A program made the translations under genes and the position numbers. From NCBI GenBank assembly GCA_964291215.2, contig OZ219791.1:3040001-3104000 (forward strand): a DNA stretch of 64,000 nt, written 5' to 3'. Within the stretch, counting starts at the first letter, position 1; every line of letters starts with the position of its first letter. Below are positions 34,271 to 44,839 of the stretch, piece after piece. This DNA is from Alphaproteobacteria bacterium (GTDB lineage: Bacteria > Pseudomonadota > Alphaproteobacteria > MPNO01 > UBA830). The notes beneath the pieces were generated by a model. It did no database searches. It had not been told where the DNA came from and saw nothing but the letters and a program-made list of their open reading frames with translations.

Positions 34271-35456
34271 CAGGGTGAACACGATATGCCAGTAGCCGAT
34301 GTCGAGGCAAGGTGATCTCATGCTTGTTGATGTGATGTGATCGGAGTCCTGATCGCGGCGCGGGTCGACGCGTTCGAGTCTGCGATTTCGAGATTTGCTG
34401 ACGCGCTGTTGCGGCGCGGGGCGCGATTGGTCGGCTGCGGCGTATCCGGGGCGAGCGAGAGGCCTGCCGGGTCTTGTGATTGCGTGCAGGACCTGCTTGC
34501 GCTTGTCCGCATGGTGGTGACGCGGAAGATCTGCTTGACATAGTTGATCATCTTCGCCAGCGGGGTGAAGACCTCGATGGTGCGCTGGCGGCCATGCGCG
34601 GGCTTTGTAGCGTCCCGTGCTCGCGGTCTTCCAGTTGATGCTCTCGAAGGTGCGTTGCCCTTGACCATCAGTCCGCGCGATGGGTCTCGACGATCAGCCT
34701 CGCGGGTGGTGTGGAGCGCGTCGAGGGTGAGCAGACGGCCGTCGCGGCGTGGACGGCAGCGATCTCCCCGTCGTGACAGTTGAGGATCGAATACCGGCCA
34801 GCGAGGCCGTCTCGTAATGATCCTCGCCGGTGCGCTTGCCGTCGACCGCGTTGCCGACCTGCGGCTGCGCGCCGCATCCTCGATCCATCCCGGGTCGGTG
34901 TTCTGCAGCACCCGGTGCACGGTGGAGACCGGCTTGTCCCTGTTCTTCCATGCTGCTCCAGCTCCTTCTGCGTCGTAGTGCGCCGCCGCAACCGTGCCGG
35001 TTCGCAAGCCAGCAAAATCACGCACAGCACCGAGGCGATGCCCCTGCGCGCGCCGGAAAGCGCCGCTGATAAATCGAGCGCAACTCCTGCGCCGACCAGC
35101 GGCGCCCGCAACTCCCACGCCGCAGGAAGCGGCGAACGATCTCGCGTCACGACGCAGCGGAAACACGTAAGGATCCTTCGCCTCCCTGGTCGGCGCCCGC
35201 TGGCGCGCGCATGGCTCCTGCCAACGCCCTCCCGGTTCGCCGCCTTGTACATGGTGCCGCTGAACTTCGTCGGCGAGACAAACTTCTCCGCAACAAGCAA
35301 CGGCAGCCTCCCGGTCGCCGCCGCACCATCCGCGACAACGCAAACGAGGCCCGGAAACGACCACCAGGAACAACAAACCTCGTGTTGTTCCCGGCAACCG
35401 CCTGAACTGTTCCTCGCGGCGCCAGCCAATCCAATGGTCTCGCGGCGCGCAGCTGA
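34271..35456 (-). mobile_element. ISAs1-like transposase remnant with DUF4338-like N-terminal region, heavily deleted
   Basis: Fragments DHWIGW, NNTRF, EKFVSPTKFSGTMYKAAN, then AVDGKR, LLTLDALHT, VKGNAP, AHGR; CAGGG end at 34271; boundaries approximate. Confidence 0.6.
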
Positions 35457-35458
35457 GG

Positions 35459-35787
35459 GGATTACGCAACCTGATGTCTGGAAATTGTCGTGAAGCTGAT
35501 CGAGCTGTTCCCATTTGATCTTGGTTTCGGTTTCCCATTTTTCGTCGATGAGGACTGCGGTTGAGAGGCGCTCCAACGAGGCGAGGTTCGGAAAGACCCT
35601 GACTTTGTAGGTGCGCCGCTTGAGCTCTTGCTGGATCGGTCGCTCGATGCCGTTCGAGGTTCGCATACGTTTGCGGTGAGCATCGGGCAAGGTGAAGACA
35701 GTGAGCCCCGCATTGTTTTCCAGCCAGGAAGTCTGGATGCTTGTCGCTGGCCACGAGGGCGCCAGTTCAGCCTCGACGGTTTGGAGA
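35459..35787 (-). mobile_element. IS256 3' fragment (paralogue of 14547-15837)
   Basis: Same IR ggattacgcaacctgatgtctggaaatt; RMRTSNGIERPIQQELKRR. Confidence 0.88.
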
Positions 35788-36198
35788 AAAGTCGCCTGCA
35801 GGTACGGCGGATCACTGCAGACCAGTTCCGTGCCCCGGAACGCAAAGCCGGCCAGGAACGCGTGGGCGCAGCCGTGGATCAGTTTCACCGGATAGTCGCA
35901 CCCGAACCCGTCCGGCGCTCCCGGTCGATCCCGATCGAGCACGGCGCCGGCGCCTTGCGCTTCATCAGCGCGCCGCCTCCCGGGTGCGTTTCCACATACA
36001 GATCATGCGGGAGCTGGAGCCCCGGAAGCAGCCGGCACAGCCCGCTCGTCGCCCTGGATCCAAAGTAGCCCGCTGGCGGTTCCCGTCGTTCTCGATGACC
36101 ACCACTGAACAAATCGGTCTCCCGTGTCAAATCTCCACGAAAACCCGTTCGTTGCTCTACCCCGACATCAGGCCGGAACCGGGGGGGTGAGCAGTTAC
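35788..36198 (-). mobile_element. IS66 left end (copy C) with DNA adenine methyltransferase pseudogene
   Basis: IR GTAACTGCTCACCCC ending at 36198; GYFGSRATSGLC..HDLYVETHPGGGALMKRK..IGIDR and, after a frameshift, CSDPPYL (35802-35813). Confidence 0.8.
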
Positions 36199-36419
36199 CC
36201 GGACGCGCACGATCTTCTCCGGAACCGGCCTCCGCATGGTCTACGAACTGCCAGACAACGCACGCAAACTCGGTCCAGAAGTATCACTCTGATTGGAAAA
36301 ACTCGAAGCCGAGGTCAGGACGTCTGAAATTGCCGATTTGGAAATACTGGCGGTGCTTGCTCTCTGTGTGTCGACTCCTCCACTTGGCATAAAGGGTAGT
36401 TGTGGAGAGAGCCGGCGGT

Positions 36420-38756
36420 CTAGGACGCGTCCGTTGCGGCGTCGATGAGCCTGCAGAGTTCTTCGGGACTGACGGGATAGGAATCGATGACTACGTCGAA
36501 AGGCTCCAGCGCGTTCTCGATCGCGGCGACGATGGCCGACGCGGCCGGGATCGTGCCCCCTTCGCCAGCACCCTTGACGCCCAGCGGGTTGAACGGTGAC
36601 GGAGTTTCCTGGTGAGCGATCGCAATTCTCGGCATCTCGGAAGCTAGCGGCAGCAGGTATTCGCCGTAGTTGGTGTTGAGCGGTTGTCCCGACCCGTCGT
36701 AATGCATGCGTTCGAACAGTGCGTTGCCGATGCCGTGCACGACGCCGCCAACGATCTGACCATCCACCATCTTCGGATTGATGATCCGTCCGCAGTCATG
36801 TCCGACCGAGTATGCGAGTAACTGCACTTCGCCGGTTCCGATATCGACCTCGACCTCGGCCACGTTCGAGCCCGAGGCAGTCGGCATGCCCTCCGGGCTC
36901 CGGTACGAGGTTGCTTCGAGGCCCGGCGAGAAGCCGTCCGGAACCTTGCCCGCGACCAGCGGCGCCAGTTGTTTGGCGAGGGCGCCGTAGGTGGTGTTGA
37001 CGTCAGGAACTCCGGTGACGCTGATAACACCACCCTCGACGACGAGGTCTTCAATCGAAGCCTCGAGAACCTCGGCGGCGAGTTTGAGGGCCTTGTCCCT
37101 GACTTCGTTGGCAGCCGTGAATATGGCGGTGCTGGCGTTGACCGCGACACGGCTTCCGATGGTGCCCACGCCCTGCGGAAAGGCTCCGGTGTCGGCCGAG
37201 AGCACGTAGATGTCGTCGATGCTGACATCGAGGCTGTCCGCGCACACCTGGGCCAACATCGTCGCATGCCCCTGCCCCTGGCTGGCGGCACTGGTCTGGA
37301 TGAGCACCTTTCCGTCAGGCTGGATGCGGACCGTACCGCCCTCGTAGGGGCCGACGCCGGTATCCTCAATGCAGCTCGAGACGCCGATGCCGAGATAGCG
37401 CCCTTCCGCCCGGGCGGCCTGCTGGCGTGCCTGGAAACCATCATACTCCGCAAGCGTCAGCGCCTTGTCGAGGCAGCCGCCGAAGTCTCCGCTGTCATAC
37501 TTGATCGGTGATCCGTCGCGGAATTTCTGGCCGGTGTCGTAGGGGAACTGATCCGGTTTCACATAGTTGCGCCGGCGAATCTCGGCCTGATTGATGCCAA
37601 GCTCCCGGCTGATCCGGCTGATCAGTCGTTCCATCGCGAAAGCCGCGTTGGGCCGCCCGGCGCCGCGGATCGGGGAGTTCGGGGTCGTGTTGGTGAAGAC
37701 CACCTCCATGGCGACATCAAGCGCCGGCATCGCGTAGGGGCCGGGCAGGGGAGAGAGCGAAGTCATGGGGAGCAGCAGGCCGTACGGTACAAAAGCTCCG
37801 TTGTCGTGGATCACCTGGCCGCGTGCGCCGAGCAGCCTGCCCTCGTCATCGACCGCGGCCTCAAGCTCCCAAGACTGGTCGCGCTGTGTGTTGGTCGTGA
37901 CGAAGTGCTCGCGCCGGTCTTCTATCCATTTCACCGGCCGTCCGAGACGCGAGGCGACCAGCGGGATCACGATCTCTTCGGCATAGACACCGGCCTTGGG
38001 GCCAAAGCCGCCGCCGACATCCGGAGCTACCACCCGTACCCGGCCTTCATCCCGGTCAAGATACGCGGCAACGTTGCGGCGCACTAGGTACGGACACTGC
38101 GTTGCCGAGATGATCGTCAGCCCGTCCTGGTGGGGATGGTCTTCCGCGATCACGCCCCTGCATTCCATGGCATGGCAGCCGCCGCGATGCTGGAGAAAGC
38201 GCTCCGTGAAGACATGGGCCGCGTCAGCGAAGGCCTTGTCGACATCGCCGAAGGCCACGCGAAGGCTGGCGACGACATTGTCCGGCGTGCCGGAATGCAC
38301 GAGCGCTGCCCCCGGCGCTGCTGCTTCGCGGCAGTCGACGATTGCCGGCAGCGGCTCGTAATCGACGTCGACAAGAGCGGCCGCATCCTCGGCCACGTGC
38401 CTGGAGTCCGCAACCACGACGGCGACAGCCTGGCCGACATGGCAAACCTCGTCTGCCGCGAGCGGGTACTGCGTGATCGACTGCTTGAGTATCGGCGCGG
38501 GATAGGGCTGCAGCATCGGTCTTTCGCTGAACGGCGGACCGAGATCTGCAAGCGTGAACACGCCGTGCACACCGTTCACTGCAGCCGCAGCCGCGACATC
38601 GACGCTGCGGATGCGCGCGTGCGCCTGCGTCGAGCGGACGAAGTAGGCTTCGAGCATGCTCGGCAGGACAATGTCGTCGACATAGCGTCCGCGTCCGGTC
38701 AGCAGGACAGGATCTTCCAGCCGCTGCACCTCTGCACCGAAATACCTAACACCCAT
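36420..38756 (-). CDS. Xanthine dehydrogenase/CoxL-like molybdopterin-binding subunit
   Basis: RLEDPVLLTGRGRYVDD, DVGGGFG.K, SPIRGAGR loop, QGQGH.T, GQIVGGVVHGIG, GVKGAGEGG. Confidence 0.92.
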   Translation of the reverse strand: MGVRYFGAEVQRLEDPVLLTGRGRYVDDIVLPSMLEAYFVRSTQAHARIRSVDVAAAAAVNGVHGVFTLADLGPPFSERPMLQPYPAPILKQSITQYPLAADEVCHVGQAVAVVVADSRHVAEDAAALVDVDYEPLPAIVDCREAAAPGAALVHSGTPDNVVASLRVAFGDVDKAFADAAHVFTERFLQHRGGCHAMECRGVIAEDHPHQDGLTIISATQCPYLVRRNVAAYLDRDEGRVRVVAPDVGGGFGPKAGVYAEEIVIPLVASRLGRPVKWIEDRREHFVTTNTQRDQSWELEAAVDDEGRLLGARGQVIHDNGAFVPYGLLLPMTSLSPLPGPYAMPALDVAMEVVFTNTTPNSPIRGAGRPNAAFAMERLISRISRELGINQAEIRRRNYVKPDQFPYDTGQKFRDGSPIKYDSGDFGGCLDKALTLAEYDGFQARQQAARAEGRYLGIGVSSCIEDTGVGPYEGGTVRIQPDGKVLIQTSAASQGQGHATMLAQVCADSLDVSIDDIYVLSADTGAFPQGVGTIGSRVAVNASTAIFTAANEVRDKALKLAAEVLEASIEDLVVEGGVISVTGVPDVNTTYGALAKQLAPLVAGKVPDGFSPGLEATSYRSPEGMPTASGSNVAEVEVDIGTGEVQLLAYSVGHDCGRIINPKMVDGQIVGGVVHGIGNALFERMHYDGSGQPLNTNYGEYLLPLASEMPRIAIAHQETPSPFNPLGVKGAGEGGTIPAASAIVAAIENALEPFDVVIDSYPVSPEELCRLIDAATDAS

Positions 38757-39252
38757 CGTCTGCGTTCCCTTGTTCCGACCGGACTGCCCGCGCCGCGTCG
38801 AGGGCCGCATCCACGATTGGCTGATAGCCGGTGCAACGGCAGATGTTCCCCGAAAGCGCTTCGCGGACAGCCCGTTCCGAAGGATCGGGATTGTTGCTCA
38901 GGAAAGCGGTCAGCGACGTGAGGACACCGGGCGTGCAGAAGCCGCACTGCAGGGCGTGATGGGTACGGAACGCCTCCTGGAGAGGAGACAGCGTTCCGTC
39001 GGCTGCGGCCAACCCCTCGATTGTCGTCACCTCGGTGCCGTCTGCCTGCGCCGCCAGCATCAGGCAGGAGCGGACAGCCTCGCCGTCGACCAGGACCGTG
39101 CAGGCGCCGCAGGCGCCATGCTCGCAGCCGAGGTGGGTTCCCGTCAGTCCGAGAACGTTCCGGAGCAGATCGCCGAGATGCAGCCGGGACTCGATCTCGG
39201 TTTCATGGCGCCGGCCGTTGACATCAACGATGATGCGGCGTGTGCTTGTCAT
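38746..39252 (-). CDS. CoxS-like 2Fe-2S subunit
   Basis: GCEHGACGAC, QCGFCTPG, CRCTGY. Confidence 0.93.
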   Translation of the reverse strand: MTSTRRIIVDVNGRRHETEIESRLHLGDLLRNVLGLTGTHLGCEHGACGACTVLVDGEAVRSCLMLAAQADGTEVTTIEGLAAADGTLSPLQEAFRTHHALQCGFCTPGVLTSLTAFLSNNPDPSERAVREALSGNICRCTGYQPIVDAALDAARAVRSEQGNADDGC

Positions 39253-39253
39253 G

Positions 39254-40120
39254 TCAGCCTGTCCTCCTGGCCCGGCCCGCAGCCTTCTGCAACGCCCGTT
39301 CGACCAGCACCCGCGTCAGGCGCCGGCGATAGGCGGCGCTGACATAGGCGTCGTCGATGGTTTCGATCCCGGCGGTGTCCGCGGCCGCGGCAGCGAAGGT
39401 CTCCGGTGTCGGGGGTTCACCCGCAAGCGCGGCTTCGATCTCCGTCAACCGCAGCGGCCGTGGACCGGCACCGGCCACGGCGAGAGAGGCGCGCGCGATC
39501 CTCGCGCCGTCGAGCGACACCAGCGCGGCGACGCCGATGATGGCGAAGTCGCCGTGGCGGCGGGCGAATTCGACATGGGCCTGCCCGCCGAGAGCTGCGG
39601 ATTTCGGAAACTCGATGGCGGCCAGGATCTCGTCGGGCCCAAGGTTGGGAGTCATGTAGGCTAGCGGCCAGTCGGCCATCGCCATGCGGCGCTCGCCGGC
39701 CGGGCCCCGGACGACCATCGTTGCGTCGACAGCGGCGGCGATGCAGGGAAGTTCGGCCGACGGGTCGAGGTGGCACAGGCTGCCGCCGATGGTTCCGCGG
39801 TTGCGGGTCTGAAAATGACCGACGAGGGCGAGCGCCTCGGCGACGAGGGGGAAGTGCTTGGCAAGTGGCGCCGAGCCCATGAGCGTCTTCTGGCGGGTCA
39901 TGGCGCCGATCCGGATGCGGTTGCCGGCATTATCTATCCCGGCCAGTTCCGGAATCTCGTTCAGGTCGACGACATGGTCCGGCATCACGTAGCGCATGTT
40001 CAGCATGGGTACCAGCGATTGCCCGCCGGCGAGGAGCTTGGTGTTTTCAAGCTTCGCCACCAAGGCGCACAACTCGTCGACTGATGACGGGCAGTGATAG
40101 GAGAACGGTGCCGCCTTCAT
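39254..40120 (-). CDS. CoxM-like FAD-binding subunit
   Basis: MKAAPFSY, LAGGQSL.PMLNMR, RNRGTIGGSLCH.DP, RRHGDFA. Confidence 0.92.
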   Translation of the reverse strand: MKAAPFSYHCPSSVDELCALVAKLENTKLLAGGQSLVPMLNMRYVMPDHVVDLNEIPELAGIDNAGNRIRIGAMTRQKTLMGSAPLAKHFPLVAEALALVGHFQTRNRGTIGGSLCHLDPSAELPCIAAAVDATMVVRGPAGERRMAMADWPLAYMTPNLGPDEILAAIEFPKSAALGGQAHVEFARRHGDFAIIGVAALVSLDGARIARASLAVAGAGPRPLRLTEIEAALAGEPPTPETFAAAAADTAGIETIDDAYVSAAYRRRLTRVLVERALQKAAGRARRTG

Positions 40121-40252
40121 GGATGCGCCCCCAGGTTAGCGATTTTCCCAAACCGCAAAATTTTTCTGATAGTGGAATTTGATTTGCAGTCGGCAGATTC
40201 CCCTGTATTCTAAACGGATGCTGAAGCAGCGCAAACGATGGAGGACGAAGGG

Positions 40253-41692
40253 ATGACTGAGTTTACCAGAAGAAGCGTTGTCAAGGGCGGGCTGAGCATC
40301 GCCTCGCTGAGCGCCTTGCCCTTGAGCCTGCCAGGGCTCGCGCATGCGGCCGACGAGAACGCCGCGATCATTGCGGCGGCCAAGAAGGCCGGCGGCGGCG
40401 GCCTCAAGGGAATGATCTGGTCCAACTACTATGTCGCGATGACGCCGGCGATGAACCGCTTCAAGGAAGCGACGGGCATCGGCGTCGGCAGTATCCAGGA
40501 CATCTCGATCTTCGTCATTCCCCAGCGAGCGATGGCCGAGGCGCTGTCGCGTTCGCCGGAGTTCGACTTTTTCCACGTCGATTCGAACATGATCCCGTCC
40601 CTTGCGTCCGCGGGCCTGCTCGAGCCTCTCGACGACTACATGAAGAAAGCGAACTTCAGCATCAACGCCGTGGGCACCTACGGGAACTTCATGCGCTACA
40701 AGGGCAAGACCTACGGGATGCCGACCGACGGCAACGTGCATGTCCAGTTCACGCGCAAGGACCTGATGGAGAATCCGGACGAGCAGAAACGGTTCGCCGA
40801 CAAGCACGGCAAGAAGCTCGACTATCCGGTGACCTGGGAAGACGACCAGCAGCTGATGGAGTTCTTCCACCGCCCCGATCAGGATCTCTACGGCTCGGCC
40901 AACCTGCGCAACCGTGCCAATGGTGTTACCTGGTGGTACATGTACTTCTATTCTGCCGGCGGCTTCCCGTTCGACGACGACATGAACCCGACCCTGGACA
41001 CGCCGGCCGGCCGCTACGCGGTCGAGACCTATCTCAACGTCAAGAAGGTCTCCCACCCCGAGGCGCCTGGCTGGGGCACGCCGCAGATGATTCCCAGGAT
41101 CACCGGCGGCAAGGCCTACGCTTGTCAGTATTGGGACGGCATCATCGCGCTGAACGAGAATCCGAAGAAGTCGAAGACCGCGGGCATGTGGCACTACGGG
41201 CTTGCCCCTGGCTCGAAGTTCTCGGGCAAGCTGATGCACCGCTCGATTTCCTCGCCGCTCGGGGCGATTCTCGTCAACCGCCACTCGAAGAACAAGGAAA
41301 AGGCAGCCTATCTTGCGCTGTGGTGGAGCACGCTCAAGAACTCCGAGGAAATCGTGGGTGACCGCGTCAACACGTTCCACGATCCCTGGCACACGGGCCA
41401 CATGACCAGCGATGTCGTGAAGACGGCCTACACGCCGGGCGGCATCAGCGCGATTGAGACCTGCCTCAAGGTCGCGTCTCCGCCGATCTACCTCACGGGC
41501 TATCTCGAGTTCCAGGACCAGCTCGCGAAGAACCTCTCCGAAGCCTATGTCGGGCAGAAGAAAGCCGACGCCGTGCTCAAGGACACCGAGGCAGCCTGGA
41601 CGAAGATCGTTCGTCGGATCGGCAAGCGCAAGCTCAAGCAGGAGTTGGAGAGCTACAAGGCGGTGTTTCCCAAGATCGATGTGCCGACCTAA
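40253..41692 (+). CDS. ABC transporter solute-binding protein (CUT1-like) with Tat signal
   Basis: TRRSVVKGG..AHA signal; LEPLDDY, YGMP.DG, PVTW; precedes permeases. Confidence 0.85.
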   Translation: MTEFTRRSVVKGGLSIASLSALPLSLPGLAHAADENAAIIAAAKKAGGGGLKGMIWSNYYVAMTPAMNRFKEATGIGVGSIQDISIFVIPQRAMAEALSRSPEFDFFHVDSNMIPSLASAGLLEPLDDYMKKANFSINAVGTYGNFMRYKGKTYGMPTDGNVHVQFTRKDLMENPDEQKRFADKHGKKLDYPVTWEDDQQLMEFFHRPDQDLYGSANLRNRANGVTWWYMYFYSAGGFPFDDDMNPTLDTPAGRYAVETYLNVKKVSHPEAPGWGTPQMIPRITGGKAYACQYWDGIIALNENPKKSKTAGMWHYGLAPGSKFSGKLMHRSISSPLGAILVNRHSKNKEKAAYLALWWSTLKNSEEIVGDRVNTFHDPWHTGHMTSDVVKTAYTPGGISAIETCLKVASPPIYLTGYLEFQDQLAKNLSEAYVGQKKADAVLKDTEAAWTKIVRRIGKRKLKQELESYKAVFPKIDVPT

Positions 41693-41761
41693 GCGTCGGT
41701 ACGCAGGAATCGGCTCTGGAGGTACCCTTGGGCGCCTCCGGATTTGCCGGACCGGGCGGAC

Positions 41762-42736
41762 ATGACGACAGCCGACTCGCGGCCGGGCCGGGCGATGACC
41801 CAGGCCCGGGCCGTCCGCAGGTTCAAGTGGTCGGTCCTCAGCGTGTTCATCGGCCTTATGGTCGTTGTCCTTGGCCCGGTTCTGTTCCTGCAGCTCTATT
41901 TCTCGTTTCACGAATATTCGATCTATCTTGGCAGTTGGTGGGACGCCGAATTCGCGGGATTCGACGTGTTTCGAGAGGTCGTCACCGATCCCCGGCTCGG
42001 CATCGCTATCGTGCGGTCATTGCTGTTCGCCGCCGGTTCGACACTCGGCTGCTTCGTTATCGGGTTTGGCCTTGCGCTTCTGATGTACCGGCCGTTCCGG
42101 GGGCAGGCATTCTTTTACATCGCCTTCATCCTGCCCATGCTCACGGTGCCGATCGTGATCGCCTATACGGGCGAGATGCTGCTCTACCAGAAGGGGCCGA
42201 TAAACGATGTCCTGAGCTGGATTTCGGGGCAGGACGTCAACGTCATCTGGCTCGCGAATCCGCGCATGGCGCTGACCACCGTCATGATCCTCGAGATCTG
42301 GAACTGGGTTCCGTTCTCCTTCATCATCATGATTGCGGGCCTCGCGTCGCTGCCCCAGGAACCCCAGGAAGCGGCCCGGATCCTCGGCGCTTCCAAGTGG
42401 CGGATATTCCTTGAGATCCAGCTGCCGTTGCTACGCCCGGTCATTGTGCTTGCTATCGTCCTGCGCTTTCTGGAGGCAATGGCGGAGTTCCCAAAGGCAT
42501 GGTCGCTGTTCCAGGGCGGTCCCGGCTCGGCGACGGAGACCATTCCGATCTATCTCTACATCACCACCTGGCAGTATTTCGAGGTATCACGCGGCGCCGC
42601 GATGTCCTACGTCGTCATGATGGTGATGATCGCAATCGTGCTTGCTGCGATCTATCTGCTGCGACGCGAGAAGAGGGCGCTTGACCAGATGTACGGCGAC
42701 CCGGTAGCGGTGGCCCAGACGGAGCCGGGCCGGTGA
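41762..42736 (+). CDS. ABC transporter permease
   Basis: Hydrophobic helices; EAARILGAS EAA loop; start uncertain. Confidence 0.85.
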   Translation: MTTADSRPGRAMTQARAVRRFKWSVLSVFIGLMVVVLGPVLFLQLYFSFHEYSIYLGSWWDAEFAGFDVFREVVTDPRLGIAIVRSLLFAAGSTLGCFVIGFGLALLMYRPFRGQAFFYIAFILPMLTVPIVIAYTGEMLLYQKGPINDVLSWISGQDVNVIWLANPRMALTTVMILEIWNWVPFSFIIMIAGLASLPQEPQEAARILGASKWRIFLEIQLPLLRPVIVLAIVLRFLEAMAEFPKAWSLFQGGPGSATETIPIYLYITTWQYFEVSRGAAMSYVVMMVMIAIVLAAIYLLRREKRALDQMYGDPVAVAQTEPGR

Positions 42737-43608
42737 CCAGAGGCGGAAAGAAGAAGCTTGCGGAGGCGGGCCGTTACGTAGTCCTTCTGTTCTGGCTTGC
42801 AATCGTCGCGTTTCCGATCTTCTGGGTCATCAGCACATCTTTCAAGCCGGACCATGAATGGTTCGCATGGCCACCGGTCTACTGGTCGGAGGAACCCACG
42901 CTCAAGAACTACCTCAATGTGTGGACCGACTATTCCGACTACGAGGACACCCAGTACATCAAGTCCCTCCAGAAGCCGTGGATCGCACTTCGCAACAGCT
43001 TGGTGATTTCGCTTACCTCCACCATTTTTGCGGTCGGATTCGGAGCGATCATCGCCTATGGGGTCTCGCGCTACCAGATCATTTCGGAAATGCGCATGTT
43101 CCAGCTCCTGATGCTGCGCATGGTCCCGCCCATCGTGATCGTCGCGCCGCTGTCGCTTTATTATGCGACGCTCGGCCTTCTCGATACCGTGGTCGGGCTG
43201 GTAGTGGTCTATTTCCTCACCACGCTCCCCTATGCGGTCTGGATGACAAAGAGTTTCATCGACGAGGTTCCGAGAGAAGTCGAACAGGCCGCCATGATTC
43301 TCGGCGCCAGCCGTTGGCGAACGATCTGGGAGGTCGTCCTGCCGCTGGTGCGTTCGGGGCTGGTCGCGACCTTCCTGTTCATACTGATCCTCACCTGGAG
43401 CGAGTATCTGCTTGCCCTGATCCTGTCGAAGACCGAGGTCGTCACGCTGCCGGTCGAGTTGAGCAAGTACGAGGGGTCGACGGAAGGACGCGTATACGGT
43501 CGCCAGGCGGCCCTCGCCGTGGGCGTCACGATCCCGCTCGTCATCATCGGGGTCTTCATCCGCAAGCACCTTGCGCGCGGTTTCAGCTTCGGAATGGTAA
43601 GAAGGTAG
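42733..43608 (+). CDS. ABC transporter permease
   Basis: FPIFWVISTSFK, EVEQAAMILGAS, WSEYLLAL. Confidence 0.88.
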   Translation: MTRGGKKKLAEAGRYVVLLFWLAIVAFPIFWVISTSFKPDHEWFAWPPVYWSEEPTLKNYLNVWTDYSDYEDTQYIKSLQKPWIALRNSLVISLTSTIFAVGFGAIIAYGVSRYQIISEMRMFQLLMLRMVPPIVIVAPLSLYYATLGLLDTVVGLVVVYFLTTLPYAVWMTKSFIDEVPREVEQAAMILGASRWRTIWEVVLPLVRSGLVATFLFILILTWSEYLLALILSKTEVVTLPVELSKYEGSTEGRVYGRQAALAVGVTIPLVIIGVFIRKHLARGFSFGMVRR

Positions 43609-43614
43609 CCGGTC

Positions 43615-44685
43615 ATGGCCCGCATAGAACTCAACAGCCTGCGCAAGGAATTCGGCCGTTCCGTGGTCGCGGTACGGGACCTCGAATTGACGATCGAGGA
43701 CGGCGAGTTCCTGGTCATGGTTGGCCCCTCAGGGTGCGGCAAGACCACCACGCTCCGCATGATCGCGGGTTTCGAAGATCCCACGGCGGGCGACATCCTC
43801 ATGAACGGCACGGTGGTCAACGATCTCGAACCCAGCGAGCGCGATCTCGGCATGGTGTTCCAGAGCCATGCGCTGTTTCCGCACAAGACGGTCGCCCAGA
43901 ACATCGAGTTCGGGCCGCGCATGCAGAAGATTGCAGTCGATGAGCGGCGGCGGCGGGTGCGCGAAGTCGCAGAAATGGTGCGCATCACCCATCTTCTGGA
44001 CAAGATGCCGGGACAGTGTTCAGGCGGCGAGTCGCAGCGCGTCGCGTTGGCGCGGACACTGATCAACCACCCGGACACCTTCCTGCTAGACGAGCCGCTT
44101 TCGAGCCTTGATGCGAAGCTGCGCCGCGAGATGCGCGCCGAGATCGACCGCCTGCACCAGGAACTGGGCAAGACTTTTGTCTATGTGACCCACGATCAGG
44201 AAGAGGCGATGACGCTCGCCGACCGCATCGTCGTGATGCGTGGCGGCGAGGTTGAACAGGTGGGCACGCCGCTCGAAATCTACAGCGACCCGGTCTCCTA
44301 CTTTGTTGCAGATTTCTTCGGCAGCCCGTCCATGAACCTCATTCCGGGAACCCTGCGAAGGGACGGGGATCGCGCGGTCTTCGAAGGCCAGCGGATCTCG
44401 CTGACGCTCCCGGAAGGGTTTGCCGGGCTGGAGCCGGGTGACGTGACCGTCGGCATCCGCCCCGAACATCTCTCTGTCGGAGGGTCGGGAGAACTGAGCC
44501 AGAAGATCCATCTTGTCGAGCCCCTGGGCAAGGACACGCTGCTCTACTTCGATTATGGTGGCGAGCAGGATCTGATCGCTGTCGTCAACGGTGTCTCGGC
44601 CCATCGGACGAACACCGAGGTCGCAATCGGCTTCACCCCCGACCATCTCTTTCTGTTCGGCGCGGACGGGCGTCGCATTCGCTGA
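43615..44685 (+). CDS. ABC transporter ATP-binding protein (MalK-like)
   Basis: GPSGCGKTT, CSGGESQRVAL, LLDEPLS, YVTHDQEEAM, GIRPEH. Confidence 0.92.
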   Translation: MARIELNSLRKEFGRSVVAVRDLELTIEDGEFLVMVGPSGCGKTTTLRMIAGFEDPTAGDILMNGTVVNDLEPSERDLGMVFQSHALFPHKTVAQNIEFGPRMQKIAVDERRRRVREVAEMVRITHLLDKMPGQCSGGESQRVALARTLINHPDTFLLDEPLSSLDAKLRREMRAEIDRLHQELGKTFVYVTHDQEEAMTLADRIVVMRGGEVEQVGTPLEIYSDPVSYFVADFFGSPSMNLIPGTLRRDGDRAVFEGQRISLTLPEGFAGLEPGDVTVGIRPEHLSVGGSGELSQKIHLVEPLGKDTLLYFDYGGEQDLIAVVNGVSAHRTNTEVAIGFTPDHLFLFGADGRRIR

Positions 44686-44839
44686 TTCCCGCCGCTCCGC
44701 GAATGGCGGACAATCCTGCCCATCCGTTGGCCCGGCGTAGCAAATCATGCCTCGGGCCGAACAGCCGGCACGCCGGTGCCAGTATTGATCACCATGTCCG
44801 GAGCTGTAGGATCGGGGCGAACCGCACGGGCCTTACGCG

